From: Mytilus edulis
Taxonomy: Eukaryota
Reading direction: 5' to 3'
NCBI RefSeq assembly: GCF_963676685.1
Contig: NC_092346.1
Location: 35,464,001 to 35,528,000, forward strand
Length of the DNA: 64,000 bases
Shown piece after piece: positions 27,001 to 38,460 of the stretch. The notes beneath the pieces were generated by a model, which was given only the letters and a program-made list of their open reading frames with translations, made no database searches and was not told the DNA's origin. The number at the start of each line of letters is the position of its first letter. Positions within the stretch are counted from its first letter, which is position 1. Both the position numbers and the translations under genes were made by a program.

Positions 27001-30000
27001 TTCTAATTTGTGTAGTCATTTTCTTATCCAATATTGATGGTTTGTGTCAGTTTCTTCAACAACTTGAAATAAACTATTTGAAATCTTGAATGAATTGTCT
27101 AAAATGACACTATAAGTATTGATAAGAAATCAATTTTCTCAGCTCTGGTTTTCATGGCTTTGTTAGCAACTGTAGGTTCACAATAAGAGAATTACATCTG
27201 ATTAAGTTGATTAACAAAGTGTTATCGTTATCAGCAAAAATTTTGTAAGTAAAATTGTAGGCTGCAAGATTTAAAAGGAGTCGATTCAGTAAGACCCCTT
27301 TTTGGCCCCAAAATTAAGCAGTTTTGCAAAATTGTGAAAATGTAATCTTTTAGCTATTTTTTGGAAAGTAGAATGCTTCTGCTACATAAATATGTGCTGT
27401 TTTTGACAATACAATGCACATATATCGTGTACTAGCATCATAAAGTCATGCTAAATTACTGAAATCTTCACAATTATAGCATTTTAGTTAAATTTTAGAC
27501 AGTTTCTGTTTTAAATGAAAGTGGCCGCATTCGTGTTCATTCATAATATTGAAATGTAAGTTGTATTTGATGATAATACATAACATATATAAAGGTTGAG
27601 GATGAACACGGATGCGGCGGCCACTTTCATTTTTGACGAAAACTATCTGAAAAGTGACGTTTTTTGGCATATTTGATAGATTTTTCATATTAAAGCTTCA
27701 ATCGGAGCGTTTTTAATGACTGAATCAGTTAAAATCTTTTACATAAACTAATCGAATTAATTGAAATAGACACTTAAGTGTTTAAAAAGTGTCCTAAATA
27801 TCTCGTTAGATGAAACTGAAATTTGTATTCTCAGCAAAACCTTTGTAATCAAATCATCTCCTTCTGTGGGTTGATATCGTCAGTCATAAAAAAAAAATAG
27901 GATGCAAATATTTGTGGAAGAAAAAGTAGGGTGCAAAATCAGTTTCAGTCTTTAATCTTCTTTGATGATTAAGACAATCTATCCTATGGCATGTTTATGG
28001 TCTATGTATGCAATGAGTTGCAGGTGACTTTTGTGCACAGTGAAGTGCAGCGTTAACTCTTGATGAAGTGCAGCGTTAAATCTTCCTTACATGTGGCATT
28101 GTTTACTAAACTAATAAAATTGTTATTATAGACTATAATTAAATTTATTTAACTGCTGTAAATAATTGATGAAGTACATATTTTCCTGTATTTTCCGGAA
28201 ATATTGCCAATTTCTCATAGACAAATTCTAATTAGTTTAACAGTGATGATGATATTTGCCAAGATTTATACAGACAAGTGGTGTTCTGTGACAAGTTTTA
28301 TTTTACAGTGATTAAATTTTACATTCACTATTGATACAGATCCAATTTTCTGATGAAAATTACAGCAAAAATTGTATCTATTAAGAAAATTATTGCAAAA
28401 ATTATATCTATTTGAAAAAGTCAGATGTGTAGCTGGATATAATGATCTAATGATGTAAAAATTACATTTCATTACGAGATGTCTTCATAAAACAGATTTA
28501 ATGGATGATATGAGATTTTATGTTCAAATTTTTCACGTTTCATTTCTCAATTACTTCAGTTGGGTAATATGATGTTTATAGTTAGTGAGCAGAAGTAGAA
28601 AGCGTATAACATTTGGTTTTGGAGCATGCTTGATTAAGGGAAATCCAGAAAGATGCTATGGATGCATTAGATTTATAAAGTTTTATTTTCAATTATTTAA
28701 TGTTATTATTTCAGTGTGCACAACACATTTATATTGAATAATAATTATTTAGTATGCTTTTCATCTAAAGTTTAGAAAGCAGGAAAAATAAACTGTATAG
28801 AACAGTGGTTACTTTGCAACAAATTGTCAAAATTATATTATCTCTTCTTATCAGACCCTCTTAATAGCAAGCCAATCCTTTATTAAACTTAATTTTATTA
28901 TATTCAGCCAAACCTGTATATACCGGTAATGATCTAAAAAATGACCACAGAAAACTGAGCTTAAAAGAGACCTAACCTCGGAGTTCAGATTTAAAATACA
29001 TACAGTGGCGGATCCAGAACTTTTCCTAAGGGGGGGGGGGGGGGGGGGGGGGGCGCTGACTGACCTAAGGGGGGGGGGCTCCAGTCATGCTTCAATGATT
29101 CCCTATATAATCAACCAAATTTTTCCCACGAAAGGGGGGCCCAGGCCCCCCAGGCCCCCCCCCCCCCCCCTGGATCCGCCTATGACATAGATATTACTTC
29201 AGTCAGACAAAAAACAGGTTAACCTCTGAGTTGACCTCACAAAACAGGATTGAAGTGATAGCAGTTTTAACTGCACATATGAATAGCAATTTTATAATAT
29301 TACACCTCATCAGATCTTAAGAGGCTTATATACATTACATAAGAGAGGTGGGCATTTGTTTGCTGTCTATATTACAAAAAAAAGCCAACTACTTATTGCT
29401 GCTTAAGAAATATATAGTATGAGTCTAACTATCATAAGGCAAATATCTCATAGTTTATGCTACTTTAAGTAATTTGTGGTAACTATATATATACTAAGGA
29501 GGCCCCTCATGGGGGGGGTCCTAGTAATCACATAATCACCATTTTTTTGCCAATATAATCACATAATCATTAAATATTTGCTTATCTTTAGTAATCAAAT
29601 AATCATAAACTAAAAATACAGTCCTAGGTAATCAAATAATCATGAAATATTTGGCTTAATAATCAAATAATCATTAAAAAAACGGCCAAGTAATCACATA
29701 ATCAAAAACCCCATGAGGGCCCTCACTAAGCTGTCAATCCTGATGATAATATACAATATCAGAAATGTTTTTAATCAATGCAGCCTAAAATCATCTGAAA
29801 GTTATGGTGGCTAGCCTTCACTTTCCACAGCAATTTCTTTTTGTATGATAATTTTTTATTATTTTGACAGGCATACATCTACCCCATAATTACTAGAACT
29901 ACAAAATGTTAGTGATTTTTCAATCCAGTAGAAACCTATATATTTAAGAGATTTTATGGCTGTCTGATGATATGTATATAGTTTCCTTGGTTGAATGGTT

Positions 30001-32033
30001 TATGACCATTTTTGGAATACATGTATTAGAAATGAAATCATCATTTTGATTATACAATATGGAAGCAGAAAAAGATCAGAGTTATGCCTCTTGTAATTTT
30101 TTTTTTTAGTTTAATTTTCAAGCTTTTGTTTGTACATTATTTAATTTGAAAAGCATCTGATCTAATATGATATGTTTACTGTAATTATAAAAAACACAGA
30201 CAATTGAGTATAACAGATGTAACATTTTGTTCTGCATGGGGCGAGGTTGTAGAATGCCAGGGAAAAATATTACTTTTCCAATGGCAAAAAACGGCAAAAT
30301 ATCTTAATTTCTTCTTGTCACTGACACCTTCGTTTTTAAAAATATCTGACATGGAGGTTGTTTAGTTTGTCTCAAAATAATTGTCAACAAACCTTGACAG
30401 CATTTTCACACTTGAGTTGTCGAGTTGATTTTAAACTAAATCTGACATGGAGATTGTTTAGTTTGTCTTTAAATAATTGTCAACAAACCTTGACAGCATT
30501 TTCACACTTGAGTTGTCGAGTTGATTTTAAACTAAATCTGACATGGAGGTTGTTTAGTTTGTCTTTAAATAATTGTCACCAGACTTTGACAGCATTTTCA
30601 CACTTGGGTTGTTTTAAGGAGTCTGATACATAAAAATCTTTCTAACATACTTTTTCATAAAGTTATAAGTTAAACTTCTATTCCAGTGAAATTGGTTTCT
30701 TAATTCTGGGCATGACCTTAATTTCATGTTCCAGTTGCCAGGATTATGCCTTTTTCTTAGTTCTTATAAATGGCAGGTGACACTGTTAAAAATATTGATT
30801 TTTTATTAGTATATATCTGTCTGTCTGTCTAAGTCATATGACCTTCACATATTTTTATACTCCAATGGTCAGGTTTAAGATTTTTGATTGGAATTATCAC
30901 AGAAATTATACATTTAAGCCATTGATTCACAATAATTTGTATACGGACTATGATAAGAAATGGATTTGTATCTAAAAGGTTTATTTGACGGCGACCTATT
31001 TTTTACTTAAAAATTAAAGAAATTCAAATATTGCTGTAAGAGAAATATTTTTAAGTGTCAACTTTAATTAAGCTGTATTCCTTTTTATCTGGAAAAATCT
31101 CTTGTGGACATCCTTTTCTTGTATTGACGTTAAATATATGTTATTAAATTTAGGCCATAATAGATGCAATTTTTTTTATTCTATGAGCTATTGACAAAAT
31201 ACATTTATACATGTACCAAGCAAACACAAATTTTTGTAATCGAAAAATTATAGATAACTTATAAAGTTTAAATATAAAAAAAAAAAAATTAATAAAATTT
31301 GAAATTAGAAATTTCTGGAGCAAGAAAGTTAAAAGAACAAAGAATTAATAAGGCTTGGTCTTATATATTTACTTTCAATTGAATGATATGCATGTAAATG
31401 AGCAAACTTCCTCTCTTGTTTCGTGGAATGCACTAAACTTCATAGGAAGATGAGGATGAAGTGACCTGTAAAACAATTCATTTGTCCTTTTATATGTTAT
31501 GTAATATTTTAAAAGACGTTTGAACATCCTATCCTAAGGCTTAAAGATGTCTTATTCTGTTTGTGATGTATACAGACCTTGATATATTTATAATAGCTAA
31601 TAATGAAATTACATAAGTGCATATTGAAAGGGATGATATATGTCTAGACTCCTATCAGATTGTACTTTCTCTCTTATCAAAAAAGATTAGAGTAGGGGGG
31701 AGTTGTAGTCTCAAGGTTCTCACTAAGGTTTTTTGAAGATGAGTCCTGAGACTCTTTAATTTTTGGCCGACGGGAGTCCAACAGTGAGAAGATGCAATTT
31801 ATTGCTATGTAATTTATTGATAAAATCCCCATGACAAAATAAAACAAGGGAATGCCAATTACAAGGAACTTAGATTTAATCTAAACTTGCGTTATCAAGA
31901 GATGATAGTTGTGCTCAGTTGATAAAACATTATGCAGTCTTGATGCAGCTGTTACCTGCTCTTTGGTGGGGTTGTTGTCTCTTTGAAATATTCCTCATAT
32001 CCATTCTCAATTTTATTATACCCCACGCAACGA

Positions 32034-32069
<36 letters not shown>

Positions 32070-33162
32070 CGTCCGTCCGTCAGTCCTGTTTCTTGTCATT
32101 GCAACTCCTCTCAAACCACACAACAGAATTTCACGAAACCTTTTCAGATGAAAAGGACATACTATGTAGTTGTGCATATCGACAGGAAATTGCGATTCAA
32201 TTTTTTTTATAAGAGTTACACCCCTTTGAACTTATTTGCTTAATGTACTACTGCAACAGTTTGTCATCGCAACTCCTCTGAAACTACACAACAGAATTTC
32301 ATGAAACCTTTTTAGATAATAAGGACATACTATGTAGATGTGCATATCGACAGGAAATTACGATTCAATTTTTTTCTAGGAGTTACCCCCCTTTGAACTT
32401 ATTTACTTTATTGTACTACTGCAACAGTTTGTCATCGCAACTCCTCTGAAACTACAAAACAGAATTTCATGAAACCTTTTAAGATAATAAGGACATACTA
32501 TGTAAATGTGCATATCGACAGGAAATTACGATTCAATTTTTTTTCTAGGAGTTGCATCTCTTTGAACTTATTTGCTTCAATGTACTTTTGCAACAGTTTG
32601 TCATCTCAACTCCTCTGAAACCACACAACAGAATTGCATGAAATTTTGTAGATAATAAGGACATACTATGTTGATGTGCATATTGACAGGAAATTATTAT
32701 TCAATATTTTTTCTTATACAATTTTTTTTTCTTACACTTATTTAATTTCTCCAATGACAATGTGGGGACGTGGGGTATGTGAGCGTGCTCACTAAGGTTC
32801 TTTAATTTTTGGACTGCACCAATTTTGAAAAAGATGAGTCCATACAGATTTTTTGCAAGTCAACGACTCTTAGTCTCACATTAGCGAGAACCCTGAGTCT
32901 GTTTATTCTTCACTTGCTAAAATTTTAGGGTCCTCAGATATGAACTAATCAGTTACTGTTAAAAGTGTGATGCTTTATATTCAGATGGATAAAAATTCTG
33001 AATGTCACGTATGTAAAAATCTCGGACCTCTTTTGGATAACAAAACTATTGATTAAAACTTACCTATCTTTTGTAGATATGAGAAAAGCGTTATCTAGAG
33101 ATACAGAGAAGAAATCTGTGATTCCGTTGGCTCACCCTGTTCGTCCAGAGGAGTTGGATTGA
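15033..33162 (+). CDS. NAA20: N-alpha-acetyltransferase 20 (NatB catalytic subunit), 173 aa. Exons 15033-15085, 16850-16874, 17817-17907, 19244-19373, 19732-19868, 33077-33162
   Basis: Spliced ORF of 522 nt: MTTIRPFTCDDLFRFNNV/NLDPLTET/YGLPFYMQYLAHWPEYFQVAESPAGQIMGY/IMGKAEGSNDLWHGHVTALSVAPEYRRLGLAAKLMNILEEISEK/KRCFFVDLFVRVSNKVAVDMYNKLGYTVYRTVLEYYSGEVDEDAY/DMRKALSRDTEKKSVIPLAHPVRPEELD*. It carries the GNAT acetyl-CoA motif RRLGLA, and all junctions are phase-compatible. Confidence 0.97.
15345..16072. mobile_element. Foldback element with GGTCCGTTCG(C/T)GCCC termini and subterminal TTCGC repeats, in NAA20 intron 1
   Basis: Inverted ends at ~15349-15440 and ~15980-16070. A 12-bp direct repeat CCCTGGCAGACA lies at 15331 and 16073. 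Confidence 0.55.
16875..17816 (+). other. U12-type (minor spliceosome) GT-AG intron, NAA20 intron 2
   Basis: The donor is GTATCCTTC (16875). The branch point TTCCTTGAC (17800-17808) lies about 10 nt before the CAG acceptor, with no long polypyrimidine tract after it. Confidence 0.9.
17940..18543. repeat. Hairpin-ended element (palindrome 18400-18539) in NAA20 intron 3
   Basis: GTTACATAGTGTGCTAGTGAC..CCATATGGGG / CCCCATATGG..GTCACTAGCACACTATGTAAC with loop GCTTCGC. The left boundary is approximate. Confidence 0.65.
19940..20192 (+). mobile_element. tRNA-derived SINE with V-domain-like core and (TCAA)n tail; further copies at ~25420-25665 and ~34768-35023
   Basis: A-box-like TGGTAGACTGG, B-box-like GTTTGAATCC, core GGTGGTTTTC..GGCACT..TTCCCCACCAATAAAA and tail TCAATCAATCAATC. 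Confidence 0.7.
21508..21951. mobile_element. TA-flanked MITE (Tc1/mariner-like), TIR CTGTGAAAGT; related relic at ~19478-19692
   Basis: TACTGTGAAAGTAC ... TAACTTTCACAGTA. Confidence 0.65.
24005..24161. mobile_element. Poly-G/C MITE family (CAGTGGCGGATCC...GGATCCGCC.CTG)
   Basis: TIRs are visible; the same family occurs at 29003, 34377, 48045 and partially at ~52026. Confidence 0.7.
27276..27826 (-). mobile_element. Second, one-end-truncated copy of the AGGAGT MITE
   Basis: Reverse-complement similarity to 7931-8373 plus 9486-9624. Confidence 0.75.
29003..29184. mobile_element. Poly-G/C MITE, 5-bp TSD ACATA
   Basis: ACATA|CAGTGGCGGATCCAG ... CTGGATCCGCCTATG|ACATA. Confidence 0.8.
29499..29724. 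mobile_element. MITE with GAGG(C/G)CCCTCATGGGG TIRs, 6-bp TSD ACTAAG and internal TAATCA repeats
   Basis: ACTAAG|GAGGCCCCTCATGGGG ... CCCCATGAGGGCCCTC|ACTAAG. Confidence 0.8.
30343..30610 (+). repeat. 96-bp tandem repeat, about 2.8 copies
   Basis: Units begin (A/T)ATCTGACATGGAG at ~30343, 30439 and 30535. Confidence 0.9.
31712..32895. mobile_element. CA(A/G)GGTTCTC-ended DNA element with 5-bp TSD AGTCT, hosting a HINE
   Basis: AGTCT|CAAGGTTCTCACTAA ... TTAGCGAGAACCCTG|AGTCT. Confidence 0.75.
32012..32802 (+). mobile_element. Helentron-associated interspersed element (HINE; DINE-1/CvA-like) with about 3.6 internal 168-bp tandem repeats
   Basis: 5' subTIR TTATACCCCACG plus inverted repeat, (GTCC)n microsatellite, repeat units starting at ~32095, 32263, 32431 and 32600, 3' CGTGGGGTAT plus hairpin GTGAGCGTGCTCAC, inserted in T-rich sequence. 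More degenerate HINEs occur at ~6930-7160 (-), ~24862-25255 (+), ~39235-40415 (-) and ~53600-53884 (-). Confidence 0.8.
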
Positions 33163-33164
33163 CC

Positions 33165-33302
33165 ATGAACCAGGTGAACTATGATGGAGACGAATTGCTA
33201 TGGTTACTTACAGTTCTCAGCCTCTGTTTTGCTGCAGTGGTCATAACTCTGATTTTATCGTTACTTATGTCAGGGAGCAGCATGGCTGACAGAGACTTGT
33301 AG
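33165..33302 (+). CDS. Putative 45-aa single-pass membrane microprotein (downstream ORF in the NAA20 3' UTR)
   Basis: The context is TGA-CC-ATG. Translation MNQVNYDGDELLWLLTVLSLCFAAVVITLILSLLMSGSSMADRDL* has an uninterrupted ~25-aa hydrophobic stretch. It ends before AATAAA at 33323-33328. Confidence 0.4.
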   Translation: MNQVNYDGDELLWLLTVLSLCFAAVVITLILSLLMSGSSMADRDL

Positions 33303-33322
33303 CAGAGAATGTATGACCATTC

Positions 33323-33328
33323 AATAAA
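33323..33328 (+). terminator. Probable NAA20 polyadenylation signal
   Basis: First AATAAA downstream of the NAA20 stop codon. Confidence 0.45.
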
Positions 33329-34376
33329 AGCCTTATATTCAAACTACATATTTGGAAACAAGAGCTGCAGTTAAACTATTTCTGATTTATCCACCATTGT
33401 TATGTAGCATTGTCATGTCCATTGTACAAATAACATTAATTCATCAACTGGGTAAATGATAGGAATTTTATTTCTCTGCATATTCTATCGTCTTTGTCTA
33501 TTTCTGGAACAGACCCTTATATCAAGGTTTCCCTCAGTGAGGGGTTTCTTAATGTTTTGGCCATTAAAAACAAGCAAGTTCAATTTTACTGAGATGGATC
33601 ATTCACAATTGCTTAACAGTTAAGGGCGTGGGCTTTTTACAAGTTAAAATTTTGATTTCTATGTAAAATGGTTGTCAACGGTAAAATGATCTGTCTTAGT
33701 TCAAAACATTTTTAATTCTAGAATAGAATTTATACACTTTGTGATTATCTAACCATTGAAGTAATGAGCAGTGATTAAGATAATGAAAATCAATTAGGTT
33801 TCTTTGTACAACTTCGTAATTATTGCAAACAATTACGTTGCTATTGTTGGTCAATATCAAATCTACCAACCTAGAAGCTTGTATCCATCATTTTTCACCT
33901 GGAGAATGTTTGTAATTTTTAATAAATTATTACTTTTAATAAACTTTGTTTTACTTTATTTAATTGTTCATTGAAATAACTAAGCTTAATTTATCTCTGT
34001 CCAGGGACTTTCTATACTAAAACAGAATAGAAAGTCCCTGCTCTGTCATAAGAAATTTGACATGATAAAAAATTTGCCATTTCATATTTAAAGCATTCTG
34101 GGTAAAAAATTTAAAGCATATACCCAATTGTCATTGGTTAACAAAATAACCAAGATTCCATCAGTTTATGAACTTTTGAAGCTATATGCATGAAAAATTA
34201 GTTTTATTTCTATTTATAGCATATGTTAATAAAAAGAGATCTGAAGTAAATATAAATGAGACAGCATCCCAACAACACAAGTAAACAAAAGGCTTTACAT
34301 TTTATTTTGACTGATAATTATCTCATAACCATTTAAACATACTAAATATGCTTGCATCCATTAGTGTCTACATTCG

Positions 34377-34527
34377 CAGTGGAGGATCTAGAAATTTTCA
34401 TAAAGTGGGGGCCCTTTGACTGCCTAAGAGGGGGCCCGTTCCGGTCATGCTTCAGTGATTCCTTATATAATCAACCAATTTTTTCCCAGATAAGGGGGGC
34501 CCAGGCTCCCCCCTAAATCCGCCTCTG
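34377..34527. mobile_element. Poly-G/C MITE family copy
   Basis: ATTCG|CAGTGGAGGATCTAG ... CTAAATCCGCCTCTG|ATTCT. Confidence 0.7.
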
Positions 34528-36399
34528 ATTCTGTTGTCATCTTTCAAAATTTTCAAATCTGAAAGCACATGATATGAAACATACAATAATCTTCATCTTG
34601 AAAAAAGGCAAGCATACACCAATGGGATCATAAAAAATCACTTCTCATAGAAAAATGAAAAATAGAAAAACAGACAACAAAGATTGAGCAACAAACAAGA
34701 AAAAAAAAACATTGAATTTCTTAGGTGCTCTGGAAGGGTTAGTAATGCCAGTTCATTTAAATAAGTGGCCTTGGTGGCCAAGTGTTCTAAATAGTCAAAT
34801 TACTGTATCACTTAGCCTGTCAACAGTGAGGTTGTGAGTTTGAATCCTGAACATGACAGAAGAAGTCCAATCTTAATTAACTAGTATTGTCAGTTTTTCT
34901 ACCAGAAGTCAGTGGTTCCCCAACTAAGGAACATGGCTTCCTCTTACAATAAAAACTGGTTGCCACAAATAGCACAACAGTGCTGAAAGTGGTGTTATAA
35001 TGCCATATATCAATAAATCAATCTTTTGAATAGTCTAAACAGTTCTTTGCACCATATTTAATGTGCATTGTGTCGCAATACCTTGTCAACATGATTGATG
35101 TAACATCATGTGAAAAACAATACCTCAAGCAGAAGAAGTAAACATACAGAGTTTTCCAAGGTTAAATATTAAAATTTTGTCAATAGGGAATCAGCTTAAT
35201 CTTTCTTAATCAATGTTGATACATAAGAGAAGATGTTTTCTACAGAACATCAAGGTCAAAGATGATAATATGGAACCATGATAGATATTAAAGCCTTTTG
35301 GATTGCACAAATTGCAGAATATTAAACAAACTGCATGAGTACATGTATTTTATGTGCAGAATATGAAGGTATTGATTGATCTTTAAGATTTTGACTCTAA
35401 CTAGCAAAAGGTCTGGGACGATAGGATATAAAATCAATAATTATGGTTTATTTTAAGCTTTATGCTGTTACAAGTAAACGGCCTTGAATATGTCCCTATG
35501 ACCTTTAATTTGTTACTGCTATACACACCCCTGCATACCTAGTATATAATGTGAGCATCAGACTGTCTCTATGACTAGACCAGACTGACTTCTGTGTCAT
35601 TTTTGTGCAGCATTATAGAAATACATGTATATTGTAATCTGCAGCCATACCAATAGAATGTTAAAATCAAAAAGAATGTCAATAGATTATAGGTCAAAGT
35701 ACTGTCTTCAACACAGAGCCTTGGCTCATACCGAACATCAAGCTATAAATGGCCCCATTTCGTTTTTCAAGAATTTTTAATATTTGACCAACTCTGTAGA
35801 CAGTTGTGTCGAGGCTACTTTATATTATTGTATACAGAAAACAATACAACCATAGTTTGACGTTTACTTCATTATACCAGAGCTGCTAAGGCGATGTCGC
35901 ACACTGACATCAACCCTAGATACATAACAGTAAAACGCGACATCTTGACTCCCGCAGTATTCTCGACAAGTTGTTCTGATGCTTCCCTTGGTAATATATC
36001 TGCACTCCTTTATCGTTGTTTTATAGGTTTTATATTGAATATGTCATTTTATCTTAAAGATTGGATTGGATTTGTTTCAAGGCATTTATATTGGCCAAAT
36101 ATTGTATGGAAAAGTATTTGTATTACAACTATACCAATCCTTGGTCTGGCTTTTTTTTTAATATTTCATGTGTTCAGAACCTGATCAACTTTACTTCTGA
36201 TGGACTGTTTTCTTTAGCTTAATTTCATTGCTTGACCAGACTTTCATGGCTGCTCTTTTGTATTATGACTTACTTTTAAATGGAAAGATAAAATAGTGGT
36301 ATCAACATTAGCTAGAAGATTTTTTTATTAAAGCTTCATCTACTTTAAATGGCATGTGAGTGGCCATTTCCATTTGTAGGGATCTTTTATGGTCTTTTT

Positions 36400-38460
36400 C
36401 TAGACTGCATCTGTTTCATAAACGTTTTAAGCATTAGACTTCATGTGTTTCTTGACCTTGCTCACCATTATACTACATGTGTTTCATGAACTTTACTTAC
36501 CATTAGACTGTATTTGTTGCATGACCTTTCTTAGCTTTCAACTGCATGTGTTTCTTGACCTTGCTCACCATTAGACCCAATGAGTTTCATGAAATTTACT
36601 TACCATTTATAGACAACAAGTGTTTCGTGACCTTGTTCACCATAAGACTACATGTGTTTCATGATCTTGCTTTCCATTAGACTACATGTGTTTCATGATC
36701 TTGCTTTCCATAAGACTACATGTGTTTCATTGCCTTACTTACAAGTAGACTACATATACTTATCTTTAGACTACAAATATTTCATGACCTTGCTCAACAT
36801 AAGACTACATGTGTTTCGTGACTTTTGCTTACCATTAGACTGTATTTGTTGCCTGACCTTTCTTAGCTTTATACTGCATGTGTTTCATGACCTTGCTTTC
36901 CATTAGACAACATGTGTTTCATGAATTTTAGCTACCATTAGACAAAATGTGTTTCATGAACCTTATTAGCATTTGATTACATATGTTTCGTGACCTTGCT
37001 CACCATTAGACCACATGTGTTCATCACCTTACTTACCATTAGACTATATGTGTTTCATGACCTTTACTTAACATTAGACCACATGTGATCATGATCTTAC
37101 TTACCATTAGACTTCATGTGTTTCATGAACTTTACTTACCATGAGACTGCATGTGTTTCGTGACCTTACCTAACATTAAACTTCATGTGTTTCATAAACT
37201 TTACTTACCATTAGACTGCATGTGTTTCATGACCTTTCTTACTTTTAAACTTAATGTGTTTCGTGACCTTTTCTTACCAATAGACCACATGTTTTTCATA
37301 AACTTTATTAGCATTTGAATACATATTTTTCGTGACCTTGCTCACTATAAGACCACATGTGTCCATCACCTAACTTACCATAAGACTACATGTGCTTTAT
37401 AAACTTTACTTACCATTATATTGCATGTGTTTCATGATCTTACTTACCATTATACTTCATGTGTTTCATGACTTTTACTTACCATTAGACTTCATGTGTT
37501 TCATGACCTTTACTTACCATTAGAACTACATGTTATCATGATCCTACTTACCATTACACTGCGTTAGTTTCATGACCTTACTCACCATTAGATCGCATAT
37601 GTTTCATTACCTTTACTTACCATTAGACTTCATGTGTTTCATGACCTTACTCACCGTTAGACCACATGTGATCATGATCTTACTTACCATAATAGTTTAA
37701 TGGCATTAAACTAAATGTGTTTCATGACCTTACTTACCATTAGATCACATATATTTCATGACCTTACTTATCATTAGACTAAATGTGTGTCATGACTTTC
37801 CATAACATTACATGTGTTTCATGACTTTATTACCATTATACCACATGTGTTTCATGACTTTATTACCATTATACCACATGTGTTTCATGACCTTACTTAC
37901 CATTAGACTACATGTGTTTCATAACCTTAATTGCCATTACACTGTATGTGTTTCATGGCCTTACTTGGCATTAGACTACATGTGTTTCATGACTTAACTT
38001 ATTATTAGACTACATATGTTTCTTGACCTTGCTTATCATTAGACTTCATGTGTTTTTTTTTATTTTTTTAGCATTAGACTTCATCTGTTCCTGTACTTTC
38101 TTTTCATTTGATTGCATGTGTTTCATGACTTTGCTTAGCAGAATACTGCATGTGTCTCATGAACTGTATAAGCATTAGACTGCATGTATTTCTGGACCCT
38201 TATAAACATGGAACTGAATAGATTTCAGGAATTTATTAGCATTTGACTAAATTCGTTTCATGACCTTGCTTAACATTGGACTGCATGTGACTCGTGACCT
38301 AGCTGGGGCCTAGACAATATGCATTTCATGACCTTATTAAGTATAAGACCGCGTGAGTAGCATGACCTTGCTAAGCATAAGACTTGATTAGTTTCATAAC
38401 CTTGCTTTAATGCTTAACATTAGACTTGCTTTTACATTTTGTTGCATGTGTTTCATGACT
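36400..38460 (+). repeat. 34-35-bp minisatellite, roughly 55-60 diverged copies, consensus CATGTGTTTCATGACCTTACTTACCATTAGACTA
   Basis: Contiguous head-to-tail units without spacers, degenerating at both edges. Confidence 0.92.

Noticed and set aside
30358-30633. Repetitive ORFs at 30358-30633, 40786-41103 and 40924-41322
   Set aside because: They are open only because the 96-bp and 21-bp tandem units are multiples of three; there is no other coding evidence.
36400-38460. 34-35-bp repeats resembling a CRISPR array
   Set aside because: Units are contiguous with no unique spacers, there are no cas genes, and the context is eukaryotic. It is a minisatellite, and ORFs 36652-36906 and 37812-37997 are by-products.
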